Shown one piece after another: positions 8,035-17,211 of a stretch of 53,093 nucleotides of DNA. The position numbers were made by a program, and so were the translations under genes. The stretch comes from Anaeromyxobacteraceae bacterium. Lineage in GTDB: Bacteria > Myxococcota > Myxococcia > Myxococcales > Anaeromyxobacteraceae. The stretch spans positions 1 to 53,093 of the forward strand of contig JAULAX010000008.1 of NCBI GenBank assembly GCA_032654565.1. Direction: 5' to 3'. Every line of letters starts with the position of its first letter. Within the stretch, counting starts at the first letter, position 1. The notes under the pieces were generated by a model, which was not told where the DNA came from, did not search any database, and worked only from the letters and a program-made list of their open reading frames with translations.

Positions 8035-9039
8035 ATGGCCAGGGTCGCCGTCCTCCTCCCGGTCCGCAACGCCGCCGCCACGGTGGGGCCCGCCGTGGTC
8101 TCCATCCTGCGCGGCCGCTACCGCGACCTGTCGCTCTTCGCCGTCGACGACGGCTCCACCGACGCCACCGGCGCGGTGCTCGACCGGCTGGCGGCGCGCG
8201 ACCGCCGGGTGCAGGTGCTGCGCGCCCCCGGCGAGGGGATCGCCCTGGCGCTCGACCGGGCCCTCACCGCCAGCGACTCGGAGCTGGTGGCGCGCATGGA
8301 CGCCGACGACGTGGCCTGGCCTGGCCGGCTGGAGGCGCAGGTGGAGGCGCTCGACGCCGACCCGGCGCTGGCGGTGGTGGGGGCGCGGGTCCGGCTCTTC
8401 CCGCGCCCGCAGGTGCGCGACGGCATGCGCCGCTACGTGGGCTGGCTCAACGGGCTGGTGACGCCGGAGCAGGTGGCGCGCGACCTGTTCGTGGAGGCGC
8501 CGCTCTGCCACCCGGCCACGCTGCTGCGCCGCCGGGCGCTGGCGGCGGTGGGGGGCTGGCGGTCCGGCGACTTCCCCGAGGACTACGACCTCTGGCTGCG
8601 GCTGGCCGCCGCCGGGGCGCGGATGGCCAACCTGCCGCGCACCCTGCTCGACTGGCGCGAGGGGCCGGCCCGGCTCACCCGGACCGATCCCCGCTACGGG
8701 CTCGACCGCCACGTGGCCCTGAAGTGCGGGGCGCTGGCCGGCGGCCCGCTGCGCGGCGTGGCCGAGGTGGCGCTCTGGGGGGCCGGCGAGACCGGGCGGA
8801 GCTTCGCCGACGGGCTGCTGCGGGTGGGGATCCGGGTGGTGGCCTTCGTCGAGGTGGACCGCAAGAAGGTGGGGCGGACCATCCGCGGCGCCCCGGTCCA
8901 CTCCTTCGAGGAGGTCGAGCGGCTGCGCGGCGTTCCGCTGCTGGTGGCGGTGGGGGCGCCGGGGGCGCGCCAGCTGATCCGCGCCGAGCTCGACAAGCGC
9001 GGCTTCGTCGAGCTGCGCGACTACCGCTGCGTGGCCTGA
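8035..9039 (+). CDS. Glycosyltransferase family 2 with C-terminal Rossmann-like domain
   Basis: VLLPVRN, VDDGSTD, ARMDADD, EDYDLWLR; C-terminal LWGAGETG. Confidence 0.9.
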   Translation: MARVAVLLPVRNAAATVGPAVVSILRGRYRDLSLFAVDDGSTDATGAVLDRLAARDRRVQVLRAPGEGIALALDRALTASDSELVARMDADDVAWPGRLEAQVEALDADPALAVVGARVRLFPRPQVRDGMRRYVGWLNGLVTPEQVARDLFVEAPLCHPATLLRRRALAAVGGWRSGDFPEDYDLWLRLAAAGARMANLPRTLLDWREGPARLTRTDPRYGLDRHVALKCGALAGGPLRGVAEVALWGAGETGRSFADGLLRVGIRVVAFVEVDRKKVGRTIRGAPVHSFEEVERLRGVPLLVAVGAPGARQLIRAELDKRGFVELRDYRCVA

Positions 9040-9089
9040 ACCGGCCCGCCCCCCTACCGGCCGCGCCCGGCTCCGGGTATGGAAGGCCC

Positions 9090-10778
9090 GTGTCCACCGC
9101 CGACCACCCCGAGCACGACCGGCCCGCCGACCCCGCCACGCCCGCGGCGCCGGCCCCCACGCCCGCCGAGATCGAGGCCGCCACCCGGGTGCTGGCCGCC
9201 GTGGCCGCCGACCGGGCCTTGCTGGCCGGGGTCGAGGCCGCCACCCGCAACGCCCTGCAGCGGTTCGCCGGCGAGATCGCCCGGCCCGACCTCAAGGCGC
9301 GCAAGCGGCTGCAGAAGACGCTGCTGCGCAACGCCCAGGTGGCGCGCAAGGAGGGGGACGAGGCGCTGCGGCGGGGCAGCGGCATCCGCCGCCTCCGCGA
9401 CGAGCCGGTCTTCCGCACCCCGTTCCCGGTGATGCCGCCGCGCGGCACCGACGCCTCGGGCTGGTGGCCGGTCCTGCCCGGCGCCGGGCCAGGGCTGGAT
9501 CCCGGGCCGGAGGCCGCCTCCGCCACCGACCCGGAGGTCGCCGACGCATCCGCCCCTGGCGGCGAGGGCGGCCCCGAGCTCCACGCCGCCCGCAAGTGCT
9601 ACGTCTGCAAGCGCGAGTACCGCCGCCTCCACCCCTTCTACGACCAGCTCTGCCCGGCCTGCGGCGACGAGAACCAGGCCCGGCGCGAGGCCACCGCCGA
9701 CCTGCGCGGCCGGGTGGCCCTGGTGACCGGGGCCCGGGTGAAGATCGGCTACCACGCCGCCATCATGCTGCTCCGCGCCGGCTGCACCGTGGTGGCCTGC
9801 ACCCGCTTCCCCCGCGACGCCGCCGCCCGCTACGCCCGCGAGCCGGACTTCGAGGCCTGGCGCGATCGGCTGCTGGTCCACGGGGTCGACCTGCGCCACA
9901 CCCCCAGCGTCGAGCACCTCTGCCACTGGCTCGACGCCACGCTCCCGCGCCTCGACTTCCAGATCCACAACGCCTGCCAGACGGTGCGCCGCCCGCCCGG
10001 CTTCTACGGCCACCTCATCGAGGACGAGCACCGGCCGGCCGACACCCTCCCGGCCGCGGTCCAGCACCTGCTGCGCAGCGACGAGGCGCTGCGGGTGGAG
10101 CACGCCGGGCGCCACAGCGCCGCCGGCCTGACCCGCCCCGCCCAGCTCAGCCAGGCGGGCGTGGAGGACGACCTGCTGCTCACCGGCGCCGGCCCGGCCT
10201 CGCTGGAGATCTTCCCCCACGGCGTCCTCGACCAGGACCTGCAGCAGGTCGACCTGCGGACCACCAACTCCTGGCGCCTGCCGCTCCACGAGGTGCCCAC
10301 CCACGAGCTGCTCGAGGTGCTGCTGGTCAACGCCACGGCCCCGTTCGTCATGGCCGCCCGGCTCAAGCCGCTCATGCTCCGCTCGGCGACGCCGCCGCCG
10401 GGGACCGCCACCAGCGCCGACGGCGCCCGCCACGTGGTCATGGTCAGCGCCATGGAGGGGCAGTTCTACCGGGCCCTCAAGACCGACAAGCACCCGCACA
10501 CCAACATGGCCAAGGCGGCGCTCAACATGCTGGTGCGGACCAGCGCCGCCGACCTGCTGCGCGACGGCATCCACCTCAACGCCGTCGACACCGGCTGGGT
10601 CACCGACGAGGACCCGGCCCACATCGCGGCGCGCAAGATCGAGGAGCACGCCTTCAGCCCGCCGCTCGACGTGGTCGACGGCGCCGCCCGCATCGTCGCC
10701 CCGGTCTTCGAGGGCTTCACCACCGGGCGCCACCAGGCCGGCCACTTCTACAAGGACTACCGCCCCGCCCCCTGGTAG
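9090..10778 (+). CDS. Extended SDR-family oxidoreductase with N-terminal Cys4 zinc-binding motif
   Basis: CYVCK...CPAC; ALVTGARVKIG; HNACQTVRRP; VSAMEGQF; HPHTNMAKAALNM; VDTGWVTDE. Start at GTG 9090 is inferred. Confidence 0.85.
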   Translation: MSTADHPEHDRPADPATPAAPAPTPAEIEAATRVLAAVAADRALLAGVEAATRNALQRFAGEIARPDLKARKRLQKTLLRNAQVARKEGDEALRRGSGIRRLRDEPVFRTPFPVMPPRGTDASGWWPVLPGAGPGLDPGPEAASATDPEVADASAPGGEGGPELHAARKCYVCKREYRRLHPFYDQLCPACGDENQARREATADLRGRVALVTGARVKIGYHAAIMLLRAGCTVVACTRFPRDAAARYAREPDFEAWRDRLLVHGVDLRHTPSVEHLCHWLDATLPRLDFQIHNACQTVRRPPGFYGHLIEDEHRPADTLPAAVQHLLRSDEALRVEHAGRHSAAGLTRPAQLSQAGVEDDLLLTGAGPASLEIFPHGVLDQDLQQVDLRTTNSWRLPLHEVPTHELLEVLLVNATAPFVMAARLKPLMLRSATPPPGTATSADGARHVVMVSAMEGQFYRALKTDKHPHTNMAKAALNMLVRTSAADLLRDGIHLNAVDTGWVTDEDPAHIAARKIEEHAFSPPLDVVDGAARIVAPVFEGFTTGRHQAGHFYKDYRPAPW

Positions 10779-10838
10779 GGCAGGATCGCCGCCCTGGCCA
10801 TCCCCCTCCTGACCCGCGCGCGGCGCTCTCTCCGCGGC

Positions 10839-11780
10839 GTGGCGCTGCGCGGGCTGGTGGCGCTCTTCGCCCACCTCCCGCTCCGCGTCGCCCTGGCCCT
10901 CGGCGGCGGGCTGGCCTGGGCCGGCTGGCGCCTGGCCGGCACGACGCGGCGGCGCATCCTCGCCCACCTGGCCGTCGCCTTCCCCGAGCGCTCCGCCCCG
11001 GAGCGCGAGGTCACCGGTCGGGCCTGCTTCCGCCACCTGGGGTGGCTGATCGCCGAGATGCTCTCGGTCCGCGCCTACGACGCCGAGCTGGAGCGCTACG
11101 TGACCTTCGCCCCCGGCGCCGAGGCCCGGCTGCGCCAGCTGATGGCCGAGGGGCGCGGGCTGATCATGGTCTCCGGCCACATCGGCCACTGGGAGCTGCT
11201 GGCCCGCCGCCTGGTGCGGGCCGGCGTCCCCTGCGCCACCGTGGCCAGGAGCGGCACCAACCCCATCCTGCACGCGGTGCTGGAGCGGTTCCGGGCCGAC
11301 GGGAAGTTCGAGGTGCTGCTGCGCGAGGACCCGGGCACGGCGCGCGCCATCATCCGCTGCCTGCGCAAGGGGATGCTGCTCGGCCTGCTCATCGACCAGG
11401 ACACCGCGGTGCAGGGGGTCTTCGTCCCCTTCTTCGGCCGGCTGGCCTGGACGCCGCGGGCCGCCGGCGACCTCGCCCTCCGCTTCCAGGCGCCGGTGGC
11501 GGTGATCTGGAGCCGCCGCCGCGGTCCCCGCCCCGGCGACGGCCACGAGCTCTCCATCGAGCTGGTGCCCTTCGACGCCGAGGCCGCCGGGCGCGGCACC
11601 GCCGACCGGGAGGCCGAGTCGGTGCGCATCACTTCCGCCTGCACCGCCCTGCTGGAGGGGGCCATCCGGGCCCGGCCCGAGGAGTGGGTCTGGATGCACG
11701 AGCGCTGGAAGACGCGGCCGGCCGCGCCAACGCAGCCCCCGCCGCAGCCGGCGGCGGCGCCCTTCGCCGGCCGGGCGTGA
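10839..11780 (+). CDS. Lipid A late acyltransferase-like (LpxL/HtrB) lysophospholipid acyltransferase
   Basis: [34 protein letters not shown]. True start may be the in-frame CTG at 10794. Confidence 0.88.
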   Translation: MALRGLVALFAHLPLRVALALGGGLAWAGWRLAGTTRRRILAHLAVAFPERSAPEREVTGRACFRHLGWLIAEMLSVRAYDAELERYVTFAPGAEARLRQLMAEGRGLIMVSGHIGHWELLARRLVRAGVPCATVARSGTNPILHAVLERFRADGKFEVLLREDPGTARAIIRCLRKGMLLGLLIDQDTAVQGVFVPFFGRLAWTPRAAGDLALRFQAPVAVIWSRRRGPRPGDGHELSIELVPFDAEAAGRGTADREAESVRITSACTALLEGAIRARPEEWVWMHERWKTRPAAPTQPPPQPAAAPFAGRA

Positions 11781-11829
11781 CTTCCGCGCTGCGGCGGCGG
11801 TAGGCTTCCGGCCAACCGGAGGATCCCCC

Positions 11830-13371
11830 ATGACGACTCACGCCCGGGCCGCGCTGGCCGCGTCGCTGCTCCTCGCCGTCGGCACCATCACCCCCGCGCG
11901 CGCCGACCAGCCGCCGCGCGCCACCCCCGGGGGCCACGAGCGCGAGGGCGACCACCGCGACCGCGACCTCCCGCAGTACGCACCACCCACCACCATCCCC
12001 ACCTGCTACGAGCGACGCAGCGGCGAGTGGCGCGTGGTCTCCCCCTGGGCCCCGGCCGGCTGCGACCCGACCACGCTCGGCTTCCCCGCCCCGGCCGGTG
12101 CCCTGCCCGGCACGCGCTGCACCTCCGGCGGCGCGCTGGCCTGCCGCCCGCACGAGCTCTTCGTCGGCGTCGACACCCCCGGTCCCGCGGGCCCCCCCGG
12201 TCCGCAGGGGCTCACCGGCGCGACGGGGGCGACCGGGCCGATCGGACCGGCGGGCCCCCCGGGCCTCACCGGGCCGGCGGGGCCGACCGGCCCGCAGGGC
12301 GATCCCGGCGCGGTCGGCGCCACGGGAGCGACCGGCCCGGCCGGGCCAGTCGGGCCCGCCGGTCCGTCCGGGGCTGCCGGATCGTCGTCCGCCGGCGCCG
12401 CGGCGCCGTCCATGGCGATCGGCTCCCCGGGTGCGGGGTGGGACGTCTTCCTCAAGGTCGCGGGCGTCGATGGCTCGCTCTCCACGAGGGGTCACGAGCG
12501 CTGGTCGGAGGTCCTCGCCTTCGGCCTCGGCGCAGCGGGCGGGGCCAGGTCCGGCGGGGCGGGCGGCGCGGGCGGGCGCGGTGAGTGGCACCAGCTGGCC
12601 CTGCTCAAGGGGCGCGACACGGCCACCGGGCCGGTCCTCGATCGGCTGGTGCGCGGCACCCCCATCGCCACCGTCGACCTCGACGTCTGCCAGGTCGTCA
12701 CCGGGGGGCTCTGCCGGCTCAAGGTGCGGTTCGAGCGCGTCACCGTCAGCGCCATGAGCCTCGGGCCCGACCTGGAGACCATCGCCTTCGCCTGGGAGAA
12801 GGCGACCTTCGAGCTCCGGTCCCAGCTGGCGTCGGGCACGCTCGGCCCGCCGGTGACGGTGGTGGTCGACCTCAGCCTCGGCGGTGGCCAGCTGGCCGCT
12901 GGACGGCTCCCCGATGCCCCGGCGACGGCCAGCACGGTCCTCGACCTCTTCCTCCGGGTCGAGCCGTTCGACGGCGACAGCCAGGACCGGGACCATCCGC
13001 GCTGGAGCGAGGCGCTGGCCTTCGCCCTGCGCGGCGAGGCCCCGCCCGCGCCGTCGGGGGCGGGCGGCGGCACCGGACGCCCCACCTTCTCGCTCCGCGC
13101 CGCGAAGCAGCTCGACTCCGCGACCGTGCACCTCCTCGAGGCGGCCGCCGGCGTCGCCCAGAGCGGGGTGGTGAAGCTGGACGCCTGCGGCGGGGCCACC
13201 AGCAGGACCTGCTTCTGGAAGCTGGCCGTCAACCCGTCCCCGCTGGAGCGCTCGACGCTGAGCGGGCTCAGCGAGGAGCTCGAGCTGGGCGTGGGCGGCT
13301 TCACCCTCGACCTGGTGAGCCTCGACGCGCGCGGCGTCGTGACCCCACCGTTCCGGGTCAGCTGGCCCTGA
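11830..13371 (+). CDS. Secreted protein: signal peptide, Cys-containing domain, collagen-like stalk and two Hcp (T6SS tube)-like domains
   Basis: GGAGG RBS; signal peptide ending ARA; 23 Gly-X-Y triplets; two repeats resembling Hcp N-termini ([50 protein letters not shown]), each followed by a KxxDxAT motif. Confidence 0.75.
   Translation: MTTHARAALAASLLLAVGTITPARADQPPRATPGGHEREGDHRDRDLPQYAPPTTIPTCYERRSGEWRVVSPWAPAGCDPTTLGFPAPAGALPGTRCTSGGALACRPHELFVGVDTPGPAGPPGPQGLTGATGATGPIGPAGPPGLTGPAGPTGPQGDPGAVGATGATGPAGPVGPAGPSGAAGSSSAGAAAPSMAIGSPGAGWDVFLKVAGVDGSLSTRGHERWSEVLAFGLGAAGGARSGGAGGAGGRGEWHQLALLKGRDTATGPVLDRLVRGTPIATVDLDVCQVVTGGLCRLKVRFERVTVSAMSLGPDLETIAFAWEKATFELRSQLASGTLGPPVTVVVDLSLGGGQLAAGRLPDAPATASTVLDLFLRVEPFDGDSQDRDHPRWSEALAFALRGEAPPAPSGAGGGTGRPTFSLRAAKQLDSATVHLLEAAAGVAQSGVVKLDACGGATSRTCFWKLAVNPSPLERSTLSGLSEELELGVGGFTLDLVSLDARGVVTPPFRVSWP
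12181..12387 (+). repeat. Collagen-like (Gly-X-Y)23 repeat
   Basis: [30 protein letters not shown]...GPSGAAGSS, uninterrupted. Confidence 0.95.
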
Positions 13372-13380
13372 ACCGAGGGC

Positions 13381-14283
13381 CTACCCCGGCAGCGGGCACT
13401 CCAGCCGCTCGGCCAGCTCGGCGAAGTCCTCCGGCACCGGCGCCTCGAAGCAGAGCGGCGCGCCGGTGACCGGGTGGGGCAGCTCCAGCCGGGCGGCGTG
13501 GAGCATCACCCGCAGCACCGGGATCGACCCGACCATGCGGGCGCCGCCGTACTTGGGGTCGCCGAGCAGCGGGGCGCCGAGGTGGGCCAGGTGGACGCGC
13601 ACCTGGTGGGTGCGGCCGGTCTCCGGCCGGGCCTCGACCAGCGCGGCGTGGCCGATCACCAGCGTCCGGTAGCGGGTGGCGGCGGCGTCGCCGCCCGGCG
13701 CGACCATGCGCAGCCCCTTGCGGCGCGGGTCGCGGCCGATGGCCACCTCGACGCGCCCCTGCGGCGGCGAGGGGGGGCGCTGGCAGAGCGCCAGGTAGGT
13801 CTTCTCCGGCACCCCGGCGCGGAAGGCCTCGGCCAGCGCGTAGGTGGCGGCGGCGGAGCGGCCCAGCACGGTGACGCCGGAGGTCTCGCGGTCGAGCCGG
13901 TGGACCAGCGTCAGCGACGCGCCGACCAGGTCGCCGGCCAGCTCCGGCAGGGTGCCGCGGTCGGAGGTGAGCGTGGCCTGGGCGGGGACGCCGGACGGCT
14001 TGTCGACGGCCACCAGGTGCTCGTCGGCGTAGAGCAGCCGCCCGGGCCCGAGCGGCTCGACGGCGTCGGGGACGCGGCCGCCCTCCTCGAGGTTGACGTG
14101 GACGGTGTAGCCGGGCCGGACCGGCTTGCCGGCCACCTTGCAGCGCCGGCCGTCGAGGAAGACGCCCCCCTCGTCGATGGCCCGCCGCGCCGCCCCGCGC
14201 GAGATGCCGCCGCGGGCGGCGATGAACCGATCCAGCCGCTCCCCCTCGTCGCCGGGGAGCGCCACCAGGACCAGCCGCTTCAC
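13381..14283 (-). CDS. RluA/RluD-family pseudouridine synthase with S4 domain
   Basis: ERLDRFIA S4 domain; VDKPSG; HRLDRETSG; TGRTHQVRVH; GDPKYG. Confidence 0.95.
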   Translation of the reverse strand: MKRLVLVALPGDEGERLDRFIAARGGISRGAARRAIDEGGVFLDGRRCKVAGKPVRPGYTVHVNLEEGGRVPDAVEPLGPGRLLYADEHLVAVDKPSGVPAQATLTSDRGTLPELAGDLVGASLTLVHRLDRETSGVTVLGRSAAATYALAEAFRAGVPEKTYLALCQRPPSPPQGRVEVAIGRDPRRKGLRMVAPGGDAAATRYRTLVIGHAALVEARPETGRTHQVRVHLAHLGAPLLGDPKYGGARMVGSIPVLRVMLHAARLELPHPVTGAPLCFEAPVPEDFAELAERLECPLPG

Positions 14284-14290
14284 GCCGGCC

Positions 14291-14512
14291 TCATGCCCGG
14301 GCGGACGGGCAGGAGGCGCAGGCGCCCGAGGCGCCGGCGTTGCCGCAGGACGGGGCGCTCCCGCCCGGGCCCTTCACCGAGAAGGAGCCGGCGCTGACCG
14401 CCTTCTTCACCTTGGAGCCGCACTCGGCGTGGGTCTTGAGCGGCGCCGCCGACATCTTCTGGATGACGTCGAAGCGGCCGCACCGGGGACAGTCGTATTC
14501 GTAGATGGGCAT
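14291..14512 (-). CDS. FmdB-family zinc-ribbon regulatory protein
   Basis: MPIYEYDCPRCG...ECGS signature. Confidence 0.9.
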   Translation of the reverse strand: MPIYEYDCPRCGRFDVIQKMSAAPLKTHAECGSKVKKAVSAGSFSVKGPGGSAPSCGNAGASGACASCPSARA

Positions 14513-14559
14513 GTGAGGTGGTAGAAGCGGCCCCGCGAGGAATGGAGCCCTGATCTAGC

Positions 14560-15936
14560 ATGGACCGCGATTGGCGCGACAGCCTGGCCGAGGTGGTCGA
14601 TCACCTGGGGCTGGCCCTGGAGGAGGAGCGCGGCCGCCACGTGGCCGGGCTGGAGCCGGCGCCGGCGCTGGCCCGGCTCTTCGCCGCCCACGACGAGGCC
14701 ACCCACCCGGAGACGGTGGCGCGGCTGCGCGAGGCCGGCGAGGCGTCGCTGCTCGGCGTGGTCGGGGCGCTGGTGGCCGAGCGGGCCGCCGCCGAGCCCG
14801 AGGAGGCCTGGCGCAGCGCCGAGGCCGGGGCGCTGGTGGTGGGGCCGGACGGACCGGCGCCGCTGGCGCTGGCCGAGCTGGCCCTGCCCCGCGAGGCCGA
14901 TCCAGACCGGCGCCGCGACCTGGCGGCGGCGGTGGCGGCGGCGCTGGAGCCGGCGGCCAGCCACCGCGACCGGGCGGTCGAGGTGCGGGTGCGGGTGCGC
15001 GCCGAGCACGGGCTGGTCCCCGACTGGCCGGGGGTGGTGGCCGGCGACCAGCTGCTCGACGCCACCGAGGAGGCCTGGGTGGAGCTGCTCACCCACGCCA
15101 CGCGGCGCGAGCTCGACCTCGATCCCCAGCCGCGCGGCGACCTGGCCCGCGCCGGGCTGCTGAGGGTCCTCTCGGCGCCGGCCTACGACGGCCTCTTCCG
15201 CAAGCAGGGGCTGGCCGAGCTGCTCCGCGCCGCCTGCGGCGCCGTCGGCCTCGACGCCGACGGGCTGCGCATCGCCGAGACCACCCGGGTCTCGGCCTGG
15301 CCCGGCGCCCACCCCTTCGGCGCGCGGATCGCCTTCCGCCCGCGCGGCGGCCTGCCCGACTGGCCCGACCTGCTCGACGCCGCCGGGCGCTCGGCCATCG
15401 CGGCGCGCCAGCCGCCGACGCGGCGCGACCCGGTCTTCGAGGCCGCCTGGGGCTGGCTGCTCCAGTCGCTGCTGCTCGACCCCGGCTTCCTGGCGGCGCG
15501 GCTCGACCTCTCCCGGCGCGAGGCGCCGGAGGTGCTGCGGGCGCTGGCGCTGCGCGCCCTCTTCCGGCTGCGGGTCACGGCGGCGGCGGCGCGGGTGGCC
15601 GCCGAGGTGGAGCGGGGGCTGTCCGGCGTCCGCTGGCGGCAGGCCCACCGCGAGGCGCTCACCGCCGCCTGCCACGCCGTCTGGGACGGGGTGCGGGCCG
15701 GGCGCGACGCCGAGGCCGGGCCGCTGCTGGCCCGGGTGGCCGGCTTCGCGGCCGGGGAGCGGCTGCGCCTCGAGCTGCGCGATGCCTTCGACGAGGACTG
15801 GTGGCGCAACCCGCGGGCGCCGGCGCACCTGGCCGGGCTGCTGGCGGCCGGGCGCTTCGCCTGGGCCGAGCCGCCCTCGGTGCCGGCGGCGGCGAGCGGG
15901 CTGGTGCGGCTGCTGGAGCTGGGCCGGGCCGGCTGA
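14560..15936 (+). CDS. Conserved hypothetical protein, possibly a degenerate M3/M32 peptidase-like fold
   Basis: Host-like codon usage; C-terminal LRDAFDEDWWRNPRA resembles M3-like proteins; no HExxH seen. Confidence 0.6.
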   Translation: MDRDWRDSLAEVVDHLGLALEEERGRHVAGLEPAPALARLFAAHDEATHPETVARLREAGEASLLGVVGALVAERAAAEPEEAWRSAEAGALVVGPDGPAPLALAELALPREADPDRRRDLAAAVAAALEPAASHRDRAVEVRVRVRAEHGLVPDWPGVVAGDQLLDATEEAWVELLTHATRRELDLDPQPRGDLARAGLLRVLSAPAYDGLFRKQGLAELLRAACGAVGLDADGLRIAETTRVSAWPGAHPFGARIAFRPRGGLPDWPDLLDAAGRSAIAARQPPTRRDPVFEAAWGWLLQSLLLDPGFLAARLDLSRREAPEVLRALALRALFRLRVTAAAARVAAEVERGLSGVRWRQAHREALTAACHAVWDGVRAGRDAEAGPLLARVAGFAAGERLRLELRDAFDEDWWRNPRAPAHLAGLLAAGRFAWAEPPSVPAAASGLVRLLELGRAG

Positions 15937-15968
15937 AGCAGCGCCGCCCGGGTGGGGCGGCGGCGGCG

Positions 15969-16325
15969 CTACGGCTTGCGGCGCAAGGAGCGGATGATCT
16001 TCTCCTTGGTGCGCGACGGGCGCGGGGCCGGCGCGGTCCGGACGGCGGCCGGCCGGGGCGCCTGCTGCGCCGCCAGGTGGGCCTTCCACTTCATCCAGGC
16101 CTCGATCTGCATGGCCTGGAGCTCGATCTGCAGGTCCTCGGAGAGCTCCTCCTCGGTCCACTCCAGCGAGGTGGTGGCGGGCGGCGTCGCGCCCAGCCGC
16201 AGGCGCATCACCTTCTCCTCCTCGGCGCTCAGCTCCCGGGCCTGCCCCCGGCGCAACGCGGCCTGGGCCGCGGCCTCGGTGACCACGGCGCCGCTGCTCC
16301 TCGGGATCTTCCGCTTCTCGTCCAT
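15969..16325 (-). CDS. Small hypothetical protein with sigma70 region-4.1-like segment
   Basis: GAGG upstream of ATG 16325; LSAEEEKVMRLRLG resembles RpoD LTxREEKVLRMRFG; basic C-terminus. Confidence 0.7.
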   Translation of the reverse strand: MDEKRKIPRSSGAVVTEAAAQAALRRGQARELSAEEEKVMRLRLGATPPATTSLEWTEEELSEDLQIELQAMQIEAWMKWKAHLAAQQAPRPAAVRTAPAPRPSRTKEKIIRSLRRKP

Positions 16326-16491
16326 CCGCTTCACCTCGGGGGTCGGCGTCCTGCTCCGGACGGCCTGCGGCCATCGTAGGCGGCGAGCCGCCCCCGTCCA
16401 GTTTTCGGGCCCACCGCCCCGGTGGACCCCGTGTGAGCGCTTGCGCGCGGGGGCGCACCCCGACAGAACCAGAGGATCGAGGAGGTGGCGC

Positions 16492-16932
16492 ATGGGTGAC
16501 TGGAAGGACCTGCTGATCGAGGACGACGCCGGGATCGCCGCGCTGGTGAGGGGCGCCCGGCGGGTGGCGGTGCTGGGGATCAAGCCGGAGGAGAAGGCCG
16601 ACCAGCCGGCCTTCTACGTGGCCGAGTACGTCGCCACCCACGGCGCCGAGGTGATCCCGGTGCCGGTCTTCTTCCCCGAGGTCACCGAGATCCTCGGGAA
16701 GAAGGTCCACCGGAAGGTGGCCGACGTGCCCGGCCCCGTCGACATCGTCGACGTCTTCCGCAAGCCCTCGGACATCGACGCCCACGTCGACGACATCATC
16801 GCCAAGCAGCCGCGGGCCGCCTGGTTCCAGCTCGGCATCCGCAACGCCGCCGCCGCCGAGCGGCTGGCCCGGGCCGGCATCCAGGTGGTCCAGGACCGCT
16901 GCCTGCTGGTGGAGTGGAAGCGGTACCGGTAG
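16492..16932 (+). CDS. CoA-binding protein (YccU-like)
   Basis: GGAGG RBS; RVAVLG, VDIVDVFRK, WFQLGIRN, VVQDRC. Confidence 0.92.
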   Translation: MGDWKDLLIEDDAGIAALVRGARRVAVLGIKPEEKADQPAFYVAEYVATHGAEVIPVPVFFPEVTEILGKKVHRKVADVPGPVDIVDVFRKPSDIDAHVDDIIAKQPRAAWFQLGIRNAAAAERLARAGIQVVQDRCLLVEWKRYR

Positions 16933-16959
16933 GGGAGGCCCGCCCGGCCCACCGTCGGC

Positions 16960-17161
16960 GCCCGGCCGGGCCAGCCGGGCGAGCAGCGTGGTCAGGCCCA
17001 GCGGCGGCGAAGCCATGGCGGAGCTCCTGGATGGTCAGGACCATCCGGTCGTTGAGGCGGAGCCGCTCCTCGGGGGAGAGGGCCAGCAGCGCATCGAGGA
17101 GGGTCTCGTCGACGACGCCGGGGCGCGGAGCAGGGTCGGGGATGGGATCCCGAGAGGGCAT
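16960..17161 (-). pseudogene. Remnant of a small antitoxin-like gene plus the truncated start of a probable nucleotidyltransferase partner
   Basis: MPSRD...VDETLLDALLALSPEERLRLNDRM (start 17161) has no nearby stop and reads into the CoA-binding gene; an overlapping ATG at 17016 gives MASPPLGLTTLLARLA and then degenerates. Confidence 0.4.
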
Positions 17162-17211
17162 CGGCCGGGACTCTAGCAGGTGGGACTCGGCGCGGCCCGG
17201 AGGCCGCACCA

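Noticed and set aside
7971..9089. N-terminal 373 codons of the 935-aa ORF 7971..10778
   Set aside because: Overlaps the GT2 gene in another frame; the SDR most likely begins at GTG 9090.
11830..13371. Type VI secretion locus
   Set aside because: No tssB/C, vgrG, clpV or baseplate genes in the window, and the Hcp-like domains are in a signal-peptide protein.
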